A DNA stretch of 64,000 bases from an uncultured Verrucomicrobiae bacterium (GCA_963836755.1 CAWIKF010000002.1:1920001-1984000), one strand, 5' to 3'; shown: positions 18,187 through 28,556, numbered from the stretch's first letter. The notes: generated by a model from the sequence alone, not told the origin. Translations and numbers: made by a program.

Positions 18187-20772
18187 TCAGCTTTCCGCGC
18201 TTTCTTCCGCTGGCTCTTCTTCCATGCTGACCACCGGGGCGATGGACTGAAGTTTTTCACCCTCGCGCGGCGAAATAAGTTTCACGCCTTGCGCGTTGCG
18301 GCCGGTCTCCCGGATTTCGCTGACGCGCGTGCGCACCATCTGCCCTTTGTTCGTGATGAGCATCAATTCATCCGTGTCGCGCACCGTTAGCGCTCCGATG
18401 ACGTCGCCCGTTTTATCGCCCGTCTTCATCGTGATGATGCCTTTGCCGCCGCGCGACTGCGTTCGGTATTCCTCAAACTTCGTGCGCTTTCCGATTCCAT
18501 TTTCGCCAGCGACGAGGAGCATTGCGTCATTGTTCACCAGCGCCATGTCCACGACGTGGTCGCCGGGCTGCGGGCGGATGCCCCAGACGCCGACGGTATT
18601 GCGTCCTTGATCCCGGAGCTGATCCTCGCTGAAGCGGAGACTGATGCCATCCTTTGTGATCAAAACAATTTCGTCCTGGCCGGTGGTGAGCGAAGCATTA
18701 ATGAGGCAATCTCCTTCCTCCACCTGCTGCGCGATGATGCCGCCTTTGCGGATGTTTTTAAAGTCGGACAGGTTCGACTTTTTCACAATGCCCGTGCGTG
18801 TGGCGAAGACGATGTGAAAGTTTTCATCCCATGTTTGATCGACAGCATTCGGCCCAGTGCCGGTGATTTTCGATTGGACGCGAATGGTCGCCGCGATTTT
18901 CTCGTCGGTGCGGAGCTCCAGTAAATTGGCAATGGAGCGGCCTTTTGCAGCGCGACCCATCTCGGGGATCTCGTAAACTTTTTCCACATAGCAACGGCCA
19001 GACTGTGTGAAAAACATCAGATAGTCATGCGTTGTCGCTGTGAAAAGGTGCTCGACGAAATCGCCTTCGTCCTGCTCGGTCGCGCCTTCGCGCGTTGTCA
19101 TACCCATGACCCCTTTGCCGCCGCGGCGTTGCGCACGATACGAGCTGACGGCGGTCCGCTTGATGAAGCCGCCGTGCGTGATGGTGATGATGCAGCCTTC
19201 GTTCGCGATCAAGTCCTCCATGTTGATCTCGCCCTCGTCCGGCACGAGCTGCGTGAGCCGCGGCGTCGCCCATTTCTTCTGCACTTCCCGCAACTCGGTT
19301 TTGATGATGCGCATCACGCGCGCTTCCTTTGCGAGGATGTCCACCAGGTCTTTGATCGTTTCGATCAGCGCGCGATATTCCGCATCAATTTTGTCGCGCT
19401 CGAGGCCGGTGAGTTGATAAAGGCGCAGGTCCAAAATGGCGTTCGCCTGACGTTCGCTAAAGACGTAACGGCCATCAATGAGACGCGCTTCGTCGCGGAT
19501 CAAAATTCCGATCTGCTCAACTTGGCGGCGCGTGAACTCAAATGCGAGCAGCTTGATGCGCGCTTCCTCACGATTCGCTGATTCGCGGATGATGCGAATA
19601 AACTCATCCATGCGCGCGAGCGCAATGAGGTAACCTTCAAGCAGTTCCGCACGTTCCTCCGCTTGTTTCAAAAGAAAGCGCGTGCGCCGCAGAACCACTT
19701 CGCGACGATGCTCGATGTAGCAAGCGATCGCGTCCTTGAGCGAAAGCAGCTTCGGCTTTCCATGATCGATCGCCAGCATCGCGACCGCGAATGACGATTC
19801 CAGCGCCGTGTGCTTGTAGAGATTGTTGATGACGACTTTCGGCAGCGCGTCGCGCTTTAACTCAATGACGACACGCGTATTTTCGTCCGACTCGTCGCGG
19901 ATCGCCGAGATGTCCGTGATGATTTTCTCGTTTACCAACTGCGCGATGCGCTCGACGAGCGTCGCACGGTTCACGTTGTAAGGAATTTCGGTGACGACGA
20001 TTTGCTCGCGCCCGCCTTTCAATTCCTCGACCCCGGCTTTGCCCCGAACTTTTAAACTTCCGCGACCGGTTTCGAAATACTGCCGGATCCCTGCGAGGCC
20101 GCAGAGCATGCAACCGGTCGGGAAGTCCGGCCCTTTCACATGCGCCATCAATCCCTCGATCGTGATCTCCGGATCGTCGATCTGCGCGCAAATGCCGTCG
20201 ATGATCTCGCTGAGATTGTGCGGCGGCATGTTTGTCGCCATGCCGACGGCGATGCCGGTGCCGCCGTTGACCAAAAGATTCGGGAACGCCGCGGGAAAGA
20301 CTTTGGGCTCAGTGCGCGTCTCGTCGTAGTTGGGAACAAAGTCGACGGTATCCTTGTCCATGTCCTCCATCAGCGCCGCGCCGAGATGCGTCATGCGCGC
20401 CTCGGTGTAACGCATCGCAGCCGGTGGATCGCCCTCGACCGAGCCGAAATTTCCCTGGCCGTCGACCAGCCGCTCGCGCATCGCCCATGGCTGCGCCATG
20501 TGCACGAGTGTGGGGTAGATCACCGCCTCGCCGTGCGGATGGTAATTGCCGCTCGTGTCACCGCAAATCTTCGCGCATTTCCGATGCTGCCGATTCGGAA
20601 AAAGCGACAGATCGTGCATCGCGTAGAGGATGCGGCGCTGGCTCGGTTTTAATCCGTCACGCGCATCCGGCAGCGCGCGCGAAATGATGACCGACATCGA
20701 GTAGTCGAGGAACGACTTCGACATCTCCTCCGCCACATTGATTTTTTCGACTTTTTCGTTTTGGGTATACAC
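18187..20772 (-). CDS. gyrA: DNA gyrase subunit A
   Basis: [13 protein letters not shown] catalytic Tyr, GyrA box QRRGGKG, C-terminal pinwheel repeats. Confidence 0.98.
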   Translation of the reverse strand: MYTQNEKVEKINVAEEMSKSFLDYSMSVIISRALPDARDGLKPSQRRILYAMHDLSLFPNRQHRKCAKICGDTSGNYHPHGEAVIYPTLVHMAQPWAMRERLVDGQGNFGSVEGDPPAAMRYTEARMTHLGAALMEDMDKDTVDFVPNYDETRTEPKVFPAAFPNLLVNGGTGIAVGMATNMPPHNLSEIIDGICAQIDDPEITIEGLMAHVKGPDFPTGCMLCGLAGIRQYFETGRGSLKVRGKAGVEELKGGREQIVVTEIPYNVNRATLVERIAQLVNEKIITDISAIRDESDENTRVVIELKRDALPKVVINNLYKHTALESSFAVAMLAIDHGKPKLLSLKDAIACYIEHRREVVLRRTRFLLKQAEERAELLEGYLIALARMDEFIRIIRESANREEARIKLLAFEFTRRQVEQIGILIRDEARLIDGRYVFSERQANAILDLRLYQLTGLERDKIDAEYRALIETIKDLVDILAKEARVMRIIKTELREVQKKWATPRLTQLVPDEGEINMEDLIANEGCIITITHGGFIKRTAVSSYRAQRRGGKGVMGMTTREGATEQDEGDFVEHLFTATTHDYLMFFTQSGRCYVEKVYEIPEMGRAAKGRSIANLLELRTDEKIAATIRVQSKITGTGPNAVDQTWDENFHIVFATRTGIVKKSNLSDFKNIRKGGIIAQQVEEGDCLINASLTTGQDEIVLITKDGISLRFSEDQLRDQGRNTVGVWGIRPQPGDHVVDMALVNNDAMLLVAGENGIGKRTKFEEYRTQSRGGKGIITMKTGDKTGDVIGALTVRDTDELMLITNKGQMVRTRVSEIRETGRNAQGVKLISPREGEKLQSIAPVVSMEEEPAEESAES

Positions 20773-20818
20773 GGAAGGGGTGGAAAAAAGAAAGCGTCAG
20801 CGCTCGCGACGGCTGTAT

Positions 20819-20974
20819 CTAAGCGGCTGGAGCGGCATCTGAAGAAGCCGCCGATTTTTTCGGCGCGCGCGTTTTCGGCTTCGGTTTTACGGCTGCTTTC
20901 GCGATTTCTTTTTTGCGCTCAAGGTAAGTTTCGCGACGGCGGCGCTTCTGGATTTTGTTCGATTGTTGTCCCAT
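20819..20974 (-). CDS. Small highly basic protein (51 aa)
   Basis: MGQQSNKIQKRRRRETYLERKK... fills the gap upstream of gyrA. Confidence 0.7.
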   Translation of the reverse strand: MGQQSNKIQKRRRRETYLERKKEIAKAAVKPKPKTRAPKKSAASSDAAPAA

Positions 20975-21075
20975 AAAGTAGAGCCCGCCTTTATATGCGC
21001 CGCCCGCGATGCGAGCAACGCATTTCGCCGCAAAAACCTTGTCATCGCGCGGCACGTTTGAAACTTTACGCGCCT

Positions 21076-21687
21076 ATGCCAACCGACTCCGAAATTCCCG
21101 TCACCTCTGGCTTCGAGCCGCAAATTTTTTGGGACGCACACAAGAGCAAAATCATTGTTTACGGAGCGTTGCTGATTGGTGCGCTTTTGATTTTTTCGAT
21201 TTACCAATACACCACCTCGCAGCGCCTCGAGGCTTCTGGCACACTTTTCGCGCAGGCGAAAACGGCTGCCGATTACCAGGCAGTGATTGACAAATATCCG
21301 CACACGATCAGTGCAGGAAACGCCTCACTTCTTCTGGCCAAAGTTTTGCGCGATGAAAAAAAATACGATGAGGCTGTGGCGACGCTCCGCAAATTTACGC
21401 AGGATTTTCCGGATCATCCGCTCGTCAGCACAGGCTGGCTCAGCCTCGCAGAAACCTTGGAAGTGCAGGGGAAAACGGCTGAAGCCGATTCCACTTTTCA
21501 ACAGGTCACGGCAAAGTTTCCCGACAGTTACAGCGCGCCGATTGCAGCTTTGGAAGAAGCCAACTCGCTCAGGATTAGAGGGAAAAATGAAGAAGCGCGC
21601 GTCGCTTACGAAAACATTCTGACACAGTATCGCGAGAGTTATTGTGCGCAGGAAGCGACGCGCGACCTGCGACTCCTGCACAAGTAA
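21076..21687 (+). CDS. Membrane-anchored tetratricopeptide repeat protein (YfgM-like)
   Basis: N-terminal FW..HK + TM, repeated 'YP/FP' TPR helices. Confidence 0.85.
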   Translation: MPTDSEIPVTSGFEPQIFWDAHKSKIIVYGALLIGALLIFSIYQYTTSQRLEASGTLFAQAKTAADYQAVIDKYPHTISAGNASLLLAKVLRDEKKYDEAVATLRKFTQDFPDHPLVSTGWLSLAETLEVQGKTAEADSTFQQVTAKFPDSYSAPIAALEEANSLRIRGKNEEARVAYENILTQYRESYCAQEATRDLRLLHK

Positions 21688-21702
21688 GCGTGAGACGCTT
21701 CG

Positions 21703-22524
21703 TTAAACAACTGCGAGCGACTGCTGCTCCCCGCGGCCGCCACCTGCTTTTTTCCTGGCTGGTTTCGGCTTCGGCGGGAGCAATTCCGGTTGCTCCAGTT
21801 CGCTCTGGCCGATGAAAAGATCGCCGTGGAAAATGCCGCCTTTTTCAATCTTGATCGATTTCGCGTGGACGCTGCCGTCGAGCTCGCCGGTCTGGCTTAT
21901 CTTTACGGAATCGGCGTAAAGCCGCGCAGAAACCTTGCCCTCAATTTCGATCGACGTGACCCGCAACGGCCGCACGAACTCGATCTCCGAACGCTTCTCG
22001 ATGATCAAAGTTCGCGCCTCGATTGCACCCGTTACTCGGCCGTGCATTCGCACACGCGCCGTGCCGGTGCATTGAAGATTGCCGTGAACTTTGCCAAAAA
22101 TCAGCGCCTCGCCGCAAAGAATTTTTGAGCTCGTGACGTCGCCACTTTTTCCGACCGTCAGCGTCCCGTGCGTCTGCACTGCGCGGCTGAAATTTCCGTT
22201 GATTTTGAAATCGCGCAGATCCATGTAGGTCCCGCAATGCGCGCAGCTGCCGGACTCGGCGAAACTGCTCACCGTTTGCTGCGCATCGCAACTAAAGCAG
22301 CGGATTTCGCGAAAAGTTTCACGCCGCAGCAAGCGCGTAAACTTTTGAAAAAACCCGGGACTTTCACTCGCGGTCGGCGCCACCTGCGGCTGCGTCGCGA
22401 GCTTGCGCAGATCCATATGCTTGCCGCATTTGCGGCAAAACGTGGACCGCGCAAAGGCAGATTCCGCCTGCTTCGCGTGGCAGTGGGGGCACGCGACGGT
22501 GATCTGGCCGGGGCCTTTCGCCAT
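21703..22524 (-). CDS. Bactofilin with two N-terminal zinc ribbons
   Basis: CPHC..CRKC, CFSC..CAHC followed by beta-helix repeats ending IEKGGIFHG. Confidence 0.85.
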   Translation of the reverse strand: MAKGPGQITVACPHCHAKQAESAFARSTFCRKCGKHMDLRKLATQPQVAPTASESPGFFQKFTRLLRRETFREIRCFSCDAQQTVSSFAESGSCAHCGTYMDLRDFKINGNFSRAVQTHGTLTVGKSGDVTSSKILCGEALIFGKVHGNLQCTGTARVRMHGRVTGAIEARTLIIEKRSEIEFVRPLRVTSIEIEGKVSARLYADSVKISQTGELDGSVHAKSIKIEKGGIFHGDLFIGQSELEQPELLPPKPKPARKKAGGGRGEQQSLAVV

Positions 22525-22543
22525 CGACGTCTGGCGCCGCGCC

Positions 22544-22945
22544 CTAGCGACCGCCGACTGCTTTCGAGTTCTCCGGCTGCCGCACGATTTCTGGTTTCAT
22601 CTGCGCGACTTTGTTCGGCGTGACTTCGGATTTGCCGACAAAAGTGGCGCCTTCCTCGATGACGAGGCGTGCCGCTTTGAGGTCGCCGAAAAGTTGTGCA
22701 CGACCGCGAAGTTCGCAGCGTTCGTCGACGGTGATGTTTCCGTTAACCTTGCCCAAAACCGTCACGGATTTTGTTTTGATTTCACCGCGGAGCTCGGCCA
22801 TTTCGCCGATCGTCAACGCGCCGTCTTCGGAAGTGATTTCGCCTTCGATCTTTCCGTCGAGGGTCAGGTTGTTGCGAAATTTGATCGTTCCTTTGATGTC
22901 TACTTCGCTGCTCAGAATGTTTTTTGTCGTGTTTGCTTCAGCCAT
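22544..22945 (-). CDS. Bactofilin (polymer-forming cytoskeletal protein)
   Basis: IKGTI..LTLDGKIEGEI...LVIEEGATFVG. Confidence 0.95.
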   Translation of the reverse strand: MAEANTTKNILSSEVDIKGTIKFRNNLTLDGKIEGEITSEDGALTIGEMAELRGEIKTKSVTVLGKVNGNITVDERCELRGRAQLFGDLKAARLVIEEGATFVGKSEVTPNKVAQMKPEIVRQPENSKAVGGR

Positions 22946-23019
22946 AAATTTCTTTCGTTGAGCCGGACGCGCCGGCGGTTGGTGTTATGTCTGCCTCGTT
23001 TCGACGCAGGCCTTTTGGG

Positions 23020-23048
23020 ACTATTAGACCCCGCGAAACCGATGTCAA
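23020..23048 (-). promoter_or_regulatory. Putative sigma70 promoter of the bactofilin operon
   Basis: TTGACA-17 nt-AATAGT on the minus strand. Confidence 0.5.
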
Positions 23049-23077
23049 CGCCCGTTTCGATTTATGCGAAAAACAGG

Positions 23078-24508
23078 CTATTTCGGCATCAAAGGAGCAC
23101 CGCCGCCGGCAAGTTCTTCTGCGGGATAAGTCCAGATTTCGCTCAACGTAGGATGATAATGCGGCACGCGCGCGAGGTCGGCCGCGGTCGCGTGAAAGTG
23201 CATCGCCACCGCGATTTCGTGGATCAATTCGCCCGCTTCCGGCCCGATCGCCGCGCCGCCAAGAATCTCGCCGCCGTGCTCGCGCCCGATCAATTTCACA
23301 AAGCCTTCCGTCTCGCCGAGCACGATCGATTTTCCATGATCATTGAACGGATACGACGCCACGACATATTCCGCGCCGGCGCTGATCAGCTCCTTTTCCG
23401 TCAAGCCGACGGACGCGATTTGGGGCTCGGTGAAAACGACAAAAAGTTTGAGGCGATAATCGATTTCCTCGAGCGGCTCCGCGCTGCCGCGCACGATGCG
23501 CGCTGCGTTTCGCGCGGCCAGCTCGCCTTGCAGGATCGCGATGTGGACGATCTCGTAAGGCCCCGCCGCATCCCCGGCCGCAAACACATGTTCAACGCCT
23601 GTTTGCTGGCGCGCATTCGTCGCGACATGGCCACCGGCCGGCTCCAGCCCCGCATTTTCTAACTGCAGCCCGTCGAGCTGCGGCGAGCGGCCAAGCGCAT
23701 AGATAATCTCCTCGGCCTCGACGAACTTTTCGTCCCCTTCGTGACAAAAATGCACGCGCTTTCCCGTCGAGGTTTTTTCGATGCGCCGCAAAGTGGTGTG
23801 GAAAAAAAGTCGCATGCCACGTCGCGTAAATGCATCGGTGACGGCACACGCCACGTCGCCATCCATCTCTTTCAAAACCTGCCCGCCGCGCTGCAAAATC
23901 GTCACTTCGCAGCCGAGCGCGGAATAAAAATGCGAGAACTCCAGCGCGGTCGGTCCGGCGCCGAGCACGATCACCGATTTCGGAATGTGCGTCGAATCGA
24001 GCACCGCGTCGCTGTCGAGAAAACAGGTCTCGTCGCAGCCCTCGATGTCGATGTGCGTGAGCTTTGATCCGGTCGCGATCAAAAAAGTTTTGCTCGTGAT
24101 GCGGCGCGCATTTTCTCCGCGAACCTCGAGCGTGTGCGCGTCTGAAAAACTCGCCCAGCCGCGGATGAAGTCGAACGCGCCTTTCTCCAGTTGCTCCTGA
24201 CGATAATTCGCAAACTCCGCCACGAGCCGTCGCTTTCGCTCAATGATTTCCGTGCCATGCGCCTCAGCATTTTCCATCGAAAGCCCAAACTCCTTCGCGC
24301 GGCGGATCGTCAAAAAACGGTTCGCCGATTGGATCAAAGTCTTGCTCGGCATGCACCCGCGCAAAATGCAGAGCCCGCCAACATCGCGACCGCCTTCGAC
24401 GACCGCGGTTTTCAATCCGAGCTTTGACGCGGTCGCCGCGGCCGAATAGCCCGCGCTGCCGCCACCGATCACAACAAAATCGAAATCAAAATCGTAATCT
24501 TCATTCAT
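23078..24508 (-). CDS. Pyridine nucleotide-disulfide oxidoreductase (dihydrolipoamide dehydrogenase/MerA-like)
   Basis: GGGSAG, GGLCILRGCMPSK, AAGD, HPTLSE. Confidence 0.93.
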   Translation of the reverse strand: MNEDYDFDFDFVVIGGGSAGYSAAATASKLGLKTAVVEGGRDVGGLCILRGCMPSKTLIQSANRFLTIRRAKEFGLSMENAEAHGTEIIERKRRLVAEFANYRQEQLEKGAFDFIRGWASFSDAHTLEVRGENARRITSKTFLIATGSKLTHIDIEGCDETCFLDSDAVLDSTHIPKSVIVLGAGPTALEFSHFYSALGCEVTILQRGGQVLKEMDGDVACAVTDAFTRRGMRLFFHTTLRRIEKTSTGKRVHFCHEGDEKFVEAEEIIYALGRSPQLDGLQLENAGLEPAGGHVATNARQQTGVEHVFAAGDAAGPYEIVHIAILQGELAARNAARIVRGSAEPLEEIDYRLKLFVVFTEPQIASVGLTEKELISAGAEYVVASYPFNDHGKSIVLGETEGFVKLIGREHGGEILGGAAIGPEAGELIHEIAVAMHFHATAADLARVPHYHPTLSEIWTYPAEELAGGGAPLMPK

Positions 24509-26064
24509 GGCGTTGCCGATTGGTTGACGGCGAAAACTTTGTAGATTTGATTCGCATAAACCAGCGAAAGATAACCCGGCGCTATGTGCGGACGCTCATA
24601 AAGCATTTGTGTGACAGTCGTCGTGGGCAGCGGCTGGAAAAGCAATTCGGCCGAACTTTCCACGATCGGTCCTGGATCGCCAATGACGATCGCGCCGACC
24701 GCGCGCTTTTCTAAAATTTTGTGCGCGTCGGCGAAATTCGACGCCGTGAAAAATCGCGCGCTGTCCACGATTCCGCTCAATCCCTCGTGCGCGCTGCCCG
24801 CGATCGCTGGCTGCCCAGACCAATAAACAAGCGGCGGCGAAATCCACCACGGCGCGAGCAGCGGAACAGTTTCCTTCATCCGCAAATGCTCCGCGACATC
24901 GCGCAGCGCCACGGCTTGCTGGCGCTTTTGCGTTAGAAGAACCACGCGCGCCTCATCGGGAAACAAACGGCCATCCCAATCCCGCAGCACCGGCCACAAG
25001 CTCAAGATGAACAGCGGCCAGACCAGCCACTGTTTACGAAAAAGCGAAAGCTGCCACGGCAGGCTCATTGCAAAAACGAGCGCGAAAAAATAGCCCCAGC
25101 GCACTTGCGTGATCGTGAGCGTGAATGTCACCGCGAGCAGCGCCAGCAAAAGAATCGAGCGCTTCGCATCGCGAATCCGCGCGATCAATAACAGCGGCGC
25201 CGCGAACAGACCGAAGCCGACCCACGAAAAAAGCAGCGATTGAAAAATGCTGCCCGGCGAAAGTTTCCACATCGGCGACATCTCGCCGATCTGCTGTTTC
25301 CACGAGCCGAAATAGTGCAACATCGTCGCGTCCGGCAAAGTCATGTGCCAGCGCTCGATCAGCAGTGCGACGGCGACGATGGCCAGCAACAGCACGTGCC
25401 CCCGCAGACGCGCGCGCGAGAAAAGTTGCGCGCGAAAAAACAGCAGCTTCGTCACCAAAATTGTCGCCATCAAAATCAACGGCTCATAAAGCGAAACCCA
25501 CAATCCGAGACCCCACGCTGCGCCCGCGATCGTGCTCCATTTCACCGATGGGTCGCGCGCTTGCGCCAGCTCCGCGGCAAGCGCGACCGTCATTAAAAAA
25601 ATGAGCAGCGACTGATGGTCGGGTCGGCCGAGATTCGTCCCGTGCACGAGGATCGGGCTCAGCGAGACGAGCAGCAGCATGAGTCTCCGATAGCGCTGCA
25701 GCAGCTCGCGCGACCAATACCAGAGGAAGCCGGTGGTCATCACTCCGAGCAGCGGTGAGATGATCGCGCCGGCCAGATCAACGTAGTATTTCGTGAAAGG
25801 CTTCAGCATCCACGCGAGCACCGCGATCAGGTAATCGAACGGAGCAGTCGCGTGCGAAGAAATGCCTTCGGGATAATTTTCAAAATCGTGATGCCGGATG
25901 ATCGTGCCCGGCGCGTCCATCACCATCCGCACGCGCGTCATCCGTGAATAACAATCGGCGTCGATGAAATAAACGTTGCCGCCGACGAAAACATCCGCGT
26001 GATTTGCGCAGCGCGTCGCCAGCGTCAGCGCAAGAAAAAAGCAGAGCCAAAGCGCAGATTTCAT
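24505..26064 (-). CDS. STT3/AglB-like GT-C membrane glycosyltransferase
   Basis: DADCYSR, NYPEG, GRPDHQ, QIGE, QVRW, APWWISP in a multi-TM protein with C-terminal soluble domain. Confidence 0.72.
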   Translation of the reverse strand: MKSALWLCFFLALTLATRCANHADVFVGGNVYFIDADCYSRMTRVRMVMDAPGTIIRHHDFENYPEGISSHATAPFDYLIAVLAWMLKPFTKYYVDLAGAIISPLLGVMTTGFLWYWSRELLQRYRRLMLLLVSLSPILVHGTNLGRPDHQSLLIFLMTVALAAELAQARDPSVKWSTIAGAAWGLGLWVSLYEPLILMATILVTKLLFFRAQLFSRARLRGHVLLLAIVAVALLIERWHMTLPDATMLHYFGSWKQQIGEMSPMWKLSPGSIFQSLLFSWVGFGLFAAPLLLIARIRDAKRSILLLALLAVTFTLTITQVRWGYFFALVFAMSLPWQLSLFRKQWLVWPLFILSLWPVLRDWDGRLFPDEARVVLLTQKRQQAVALRDVAEHLRMKETVPLLAPWWISPPLVYWSGQPAIAGSAHEGLSGIVDSARFFTASNFADAHKILEKRAVGAIVIGDPGPIVESSAELLFQPLPTTTVTQMLYERPHIAPGYLSLVYANQIYKVFAVNQSATP

Positions 26065-26099
26065 CCGGCGCGGAGCGTTTCAGAACGCGCAACGAGTGT

Positions 26100-27476
26100 C
26101 TATGAAACTGTCGGCAGAGTGGGTGAACGTTCAGCGAACGCAGCGTTAACGGCGTGAAATTTTGCGAGACACTCGATGAAGCCGGTCGCGAAGTCTTGCG
26201 GCCGCTTCTTGAGCCAGCGCTCGATCAAGTTGATCGGGAAAAATCCGCCGCATTCGATCTCCGCGCGGCTGAGCGCAAACGGGCCTTCATGCCGTGCGCG
26301 GTAAAGTTGCACGAATTCCCATCCGGTGTTCGCGCAGGCGGAAATTTTCGCAACGGATTCCAGCGGCGCGCTCACGCCGAGCTCCTCGATGATTTCGCGC
26401 GCCGCAGTCTCGTCGTAACTTTGACCCGCGTCGACATGCCCAGCCGCGCTCGAATCCCATTTCAGCGGATGCATGTCTTTGCGATGCGAACGCTTTTGCA
26501 AAAAGAGTTCGCCCGCGCGATTGAAGACAAAAATGTGGACGGCGCGGTGCCGAAGATTTTGTGTATGGACTTCGTGGCGCGTGGCGATGCGTTCCGCGCG
26601 ATCCGTTTCGTCGACGACATCAAACTGCTCGCGGTGCACGTCCTGCGCGGCTTCCGGCTCAGCGCGCGCCAGCAAATTCGTGAGCGCGATCCATTGCTCG
26701 AGTGAAAGTTCCTCTGCGCGTGCGGTCGCGGTCGCCCCAATCTGCGCGGCGAGCGGCGGCCAATTTTGCACGCGGTCGGCGAGCATTTTGTGAAGCTGTT
26801 TGCGACGTTGTGAGAAACCTTGTTTGACAATCGCTCGGAAGAGCGCGTCATCGCATTCCGGCAAGTCGCCGGCTCCGCGCGGCGTCAGACGCAGCACCGC
26901 CGATTCGACTTTCGGCGCAGGAAAAAAAACGTCGCCGGGCAGCGTGCGCAGATATTCCACGCGCCAGCGCCGTTGCACGAGGAGCGTGAGCGCGCCGTAA
27001 TCTTTGGTGCGCGGTTTTGCGGAGAGCCGTTCGGCAAATTCGCGCTGCGTGGTGATCAGGATGCAGCTGATCGGCGTCGGCTCGGCGGTGAAATGAAAAA
27101 GAACCGGGCTCGTAATGTTGTAAGGCAGGTTGCCGAGCAGCTTCACGGGCGCGTTTGGGAAAAGGCCGCGCGGATCAAAGTCCAGCGCGTCCTGCTGCCG
27201 CACTTCCACGCGATCGCTCGCAAAACGCGCGCTCAATGCATTCGCAAGACGGCGATCTTTTTCGATCAAAGTCGCGGAGCCGCAGCGCGCGAGGGCTGAT
27301 TCGGTGAGAGCTCCGAGGCCGGGGCCAATCTCCACGAGATGATCCTCCGGCGTGAGCGCGAGCTGCTCGACGATCCAGTTCGCGGCATTTTGATCGTGAA
27401 GAAAATTTTGCCCGAGACTTTTGCTCGGATGCAAATCGAGCGCGGCCAACTCCCGCCGGATTGCCGAAAGATTCAC
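26100..27476 (-). CDS. rsmA: 16S rRNA dimethyltransferase RsmA fused to C-terminal NUDIX (Idi-like) domain
   Basis: LGQNFL, EIGPGLG, GNLPYNI, QRRKQL; then HRAVH, LQKRS..KD, AGHVDAG..AAREIIEELG. Confidence 0.95.
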   Translation of the reverse strand: MNLSAIRRELAALDLHPSKSLGQNFLHDQNAANWIVEQLALTPEDHLVEIGPGLGALTESALARCGSATLIEKDRRLANALSARFASDRVEVRQQDALDFDPRGLFPNAPVKLLGNLPYNITSPVLFHFTAEPTPISCILITTQREFAERLSAKPRTKDYGALTLLVQRRWRVEYLRTLPGDVFFPAPKVESAVLRLTPRGAGDLPECDDALFRAIVKQGFSQRRKQLHKMLADRVQNWPPLAAQIGATATARAEELSLEQWIALTNLLARAEPEAAQDVHREQFDVVDETDRAERIATRHEVHTQNLRHRAVHIFVFNRAGELFLQKRSHRKDMHPLKWDSSAAGHVDAGQSYDETAAREIIEELGVSAPLESVAKISACANTGWEFVQLYRARHEGPFALSRAEIECGGFFPINLIERWLKKRPQDFATGFIECLAKFHAVNAAFAERSPTLPTVS

Positions 27477-28048
27477 TCGATGCGCGCGGGCGCGAGAAGC
27501 TTGGGTGAGGATTTTAATTTGCCGCGTTTGCGGAAAATCGCTCGCGCATCTTTCATCGAAACGCCTTCGATAAAGTAAGCCATCGCTGCTTTTCCAAGCG
27601 CGTAGGTGCCCGCGCCCGCGATCGCGCCGGAGACGGCGTTGCCCCAGCCGGGAACGAATTTCAGAACGGCGCGGGAACTTTCGCGCAGCACCAATCCGAC
27701 GCTGACATTGGTGCCAAGCGTGGCGATGAATTCCGCCGCGGCGCGCCGGCTGAGTGAGCGCCCGCTGACATACGCGATGCCGCAGACCATCGAGAACTGG
27801 ACGCTCGTCAGCAGCGGAAAATCAGCGAAGGGAATCGGCTCGAAACCAATCGTCGTGCATAGTGCCGCGCTCGTCTCGACGATGGTCCGCGAAGCTTCGA
27901 GTTTGACGGCCGGATCGTGCGAACGCCGCGCCGCATCGAGTTTTCCGTGCGAGAATAGGTCCCGCACCGCCCGCACATGATCGAGCACAGACCCGCGGAT
28001 CGCACCCGGCAGTTTATCGAGGAGTTTTTCGAGATGCGGAATTTTCAC
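27473..28048 (-). CDS. DUF697/YcjF-like protein
   Basis: PIPFADFPLL..Q, KFVPGWG....GAIAGAGTYALG. Confidence 0.8.
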   Translation of the reverse strand: MKIPHLEKLLDKLPGAIRGSVLDHVRAVRDLFSHGKLDAARRSHDPAVKLEASRTIVETSAALCTTIGFEPIPFADFPLLTSVQFSMVCGIAYVSGRSLSRRAAAEFIATLGTNVSVGLVLRESSRAVLKFVPGWGNAVSGAIAGAGTYALGKAAMAYFIEGVSMKDARAIFRKRGKLKSSPKLLAPARIE

Positions 28049-28143
28049 CTGTGGCTATTGCTCACGATTTTGGTCTGCCGCTTTTAAAAAAGCAGCCGCC
28101 AACTTTGATTTCAGAGGTTCACCGACGCGCAGCAAACGGCACG

Positions 28144-28515
28144 CTACCACCTGTAAACGTGATCGTGCCGATCGTGATCGTAACCGCCGGCGCGGTTCCG
28201 CAAATCGACCTCGATGTCGCTGAGCAAATCGGAGGCGTCAGAAGCAAGGTCCCTGAGCTTCCGCGGATCTGCATCGCGATCCTCAAGACCTCTTCGTAAC
28301 TTTTTCATCATATTGTCGAACCGCCCGATCTTGTCGTTGATCCGGACGTTGGCGCCGTAGCGGTCGCGCATGTCGAGCACATGATTGTAGCGGTCTTTCA
28401 GAACCTCGTATTGCCCGGCCGCCGCACGATAATCGTCGCTGCGGGGATGGTATGCCTGCGCGGGCGGGGCAAAAATCGGCAGCAGCACCACCAGGAGGAG
28501 AAGAAGTTTTTTCAT
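28144..28515 (-). CDS. Secreted helical hypothetical protein
   Basis: Signal peptide MKKLLLLLVVLLPIFAPPAQA. Confidence 0.75.
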   Translation of the reverse strand: MKKLLLLLVVLLPIFAPPAQAYHPRSDDYRAAAGQYEVLKDRYNHVLDMRDRYGANVRINDKIGRFDNMMKKLRRGLEDRDADPRKLRDLASDASDLLSDIEVDLRNRAGGYDHDRHDHVYRW

Positions 28516-28556
28516 GGTTTTATTTTGCAAGCAGACGGCGTGAAATCCAGTTTTAT

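Noticed and set aside
22985..23015. Hairpin in the bactofilin 5' leader as a riboswitch
   Set aside because: Single short stem with no match to a riboswitch consensus I recognise
23078..24508. Mercuric reductase
   Set aside because: No C-terminal CC pair, no N-terminal metal-binding domain, no mer genes
28525..28550. Sigma54-like element upstream of the 28515 gene
   Set aside because: Invariant GG at -24 is replaced by TT
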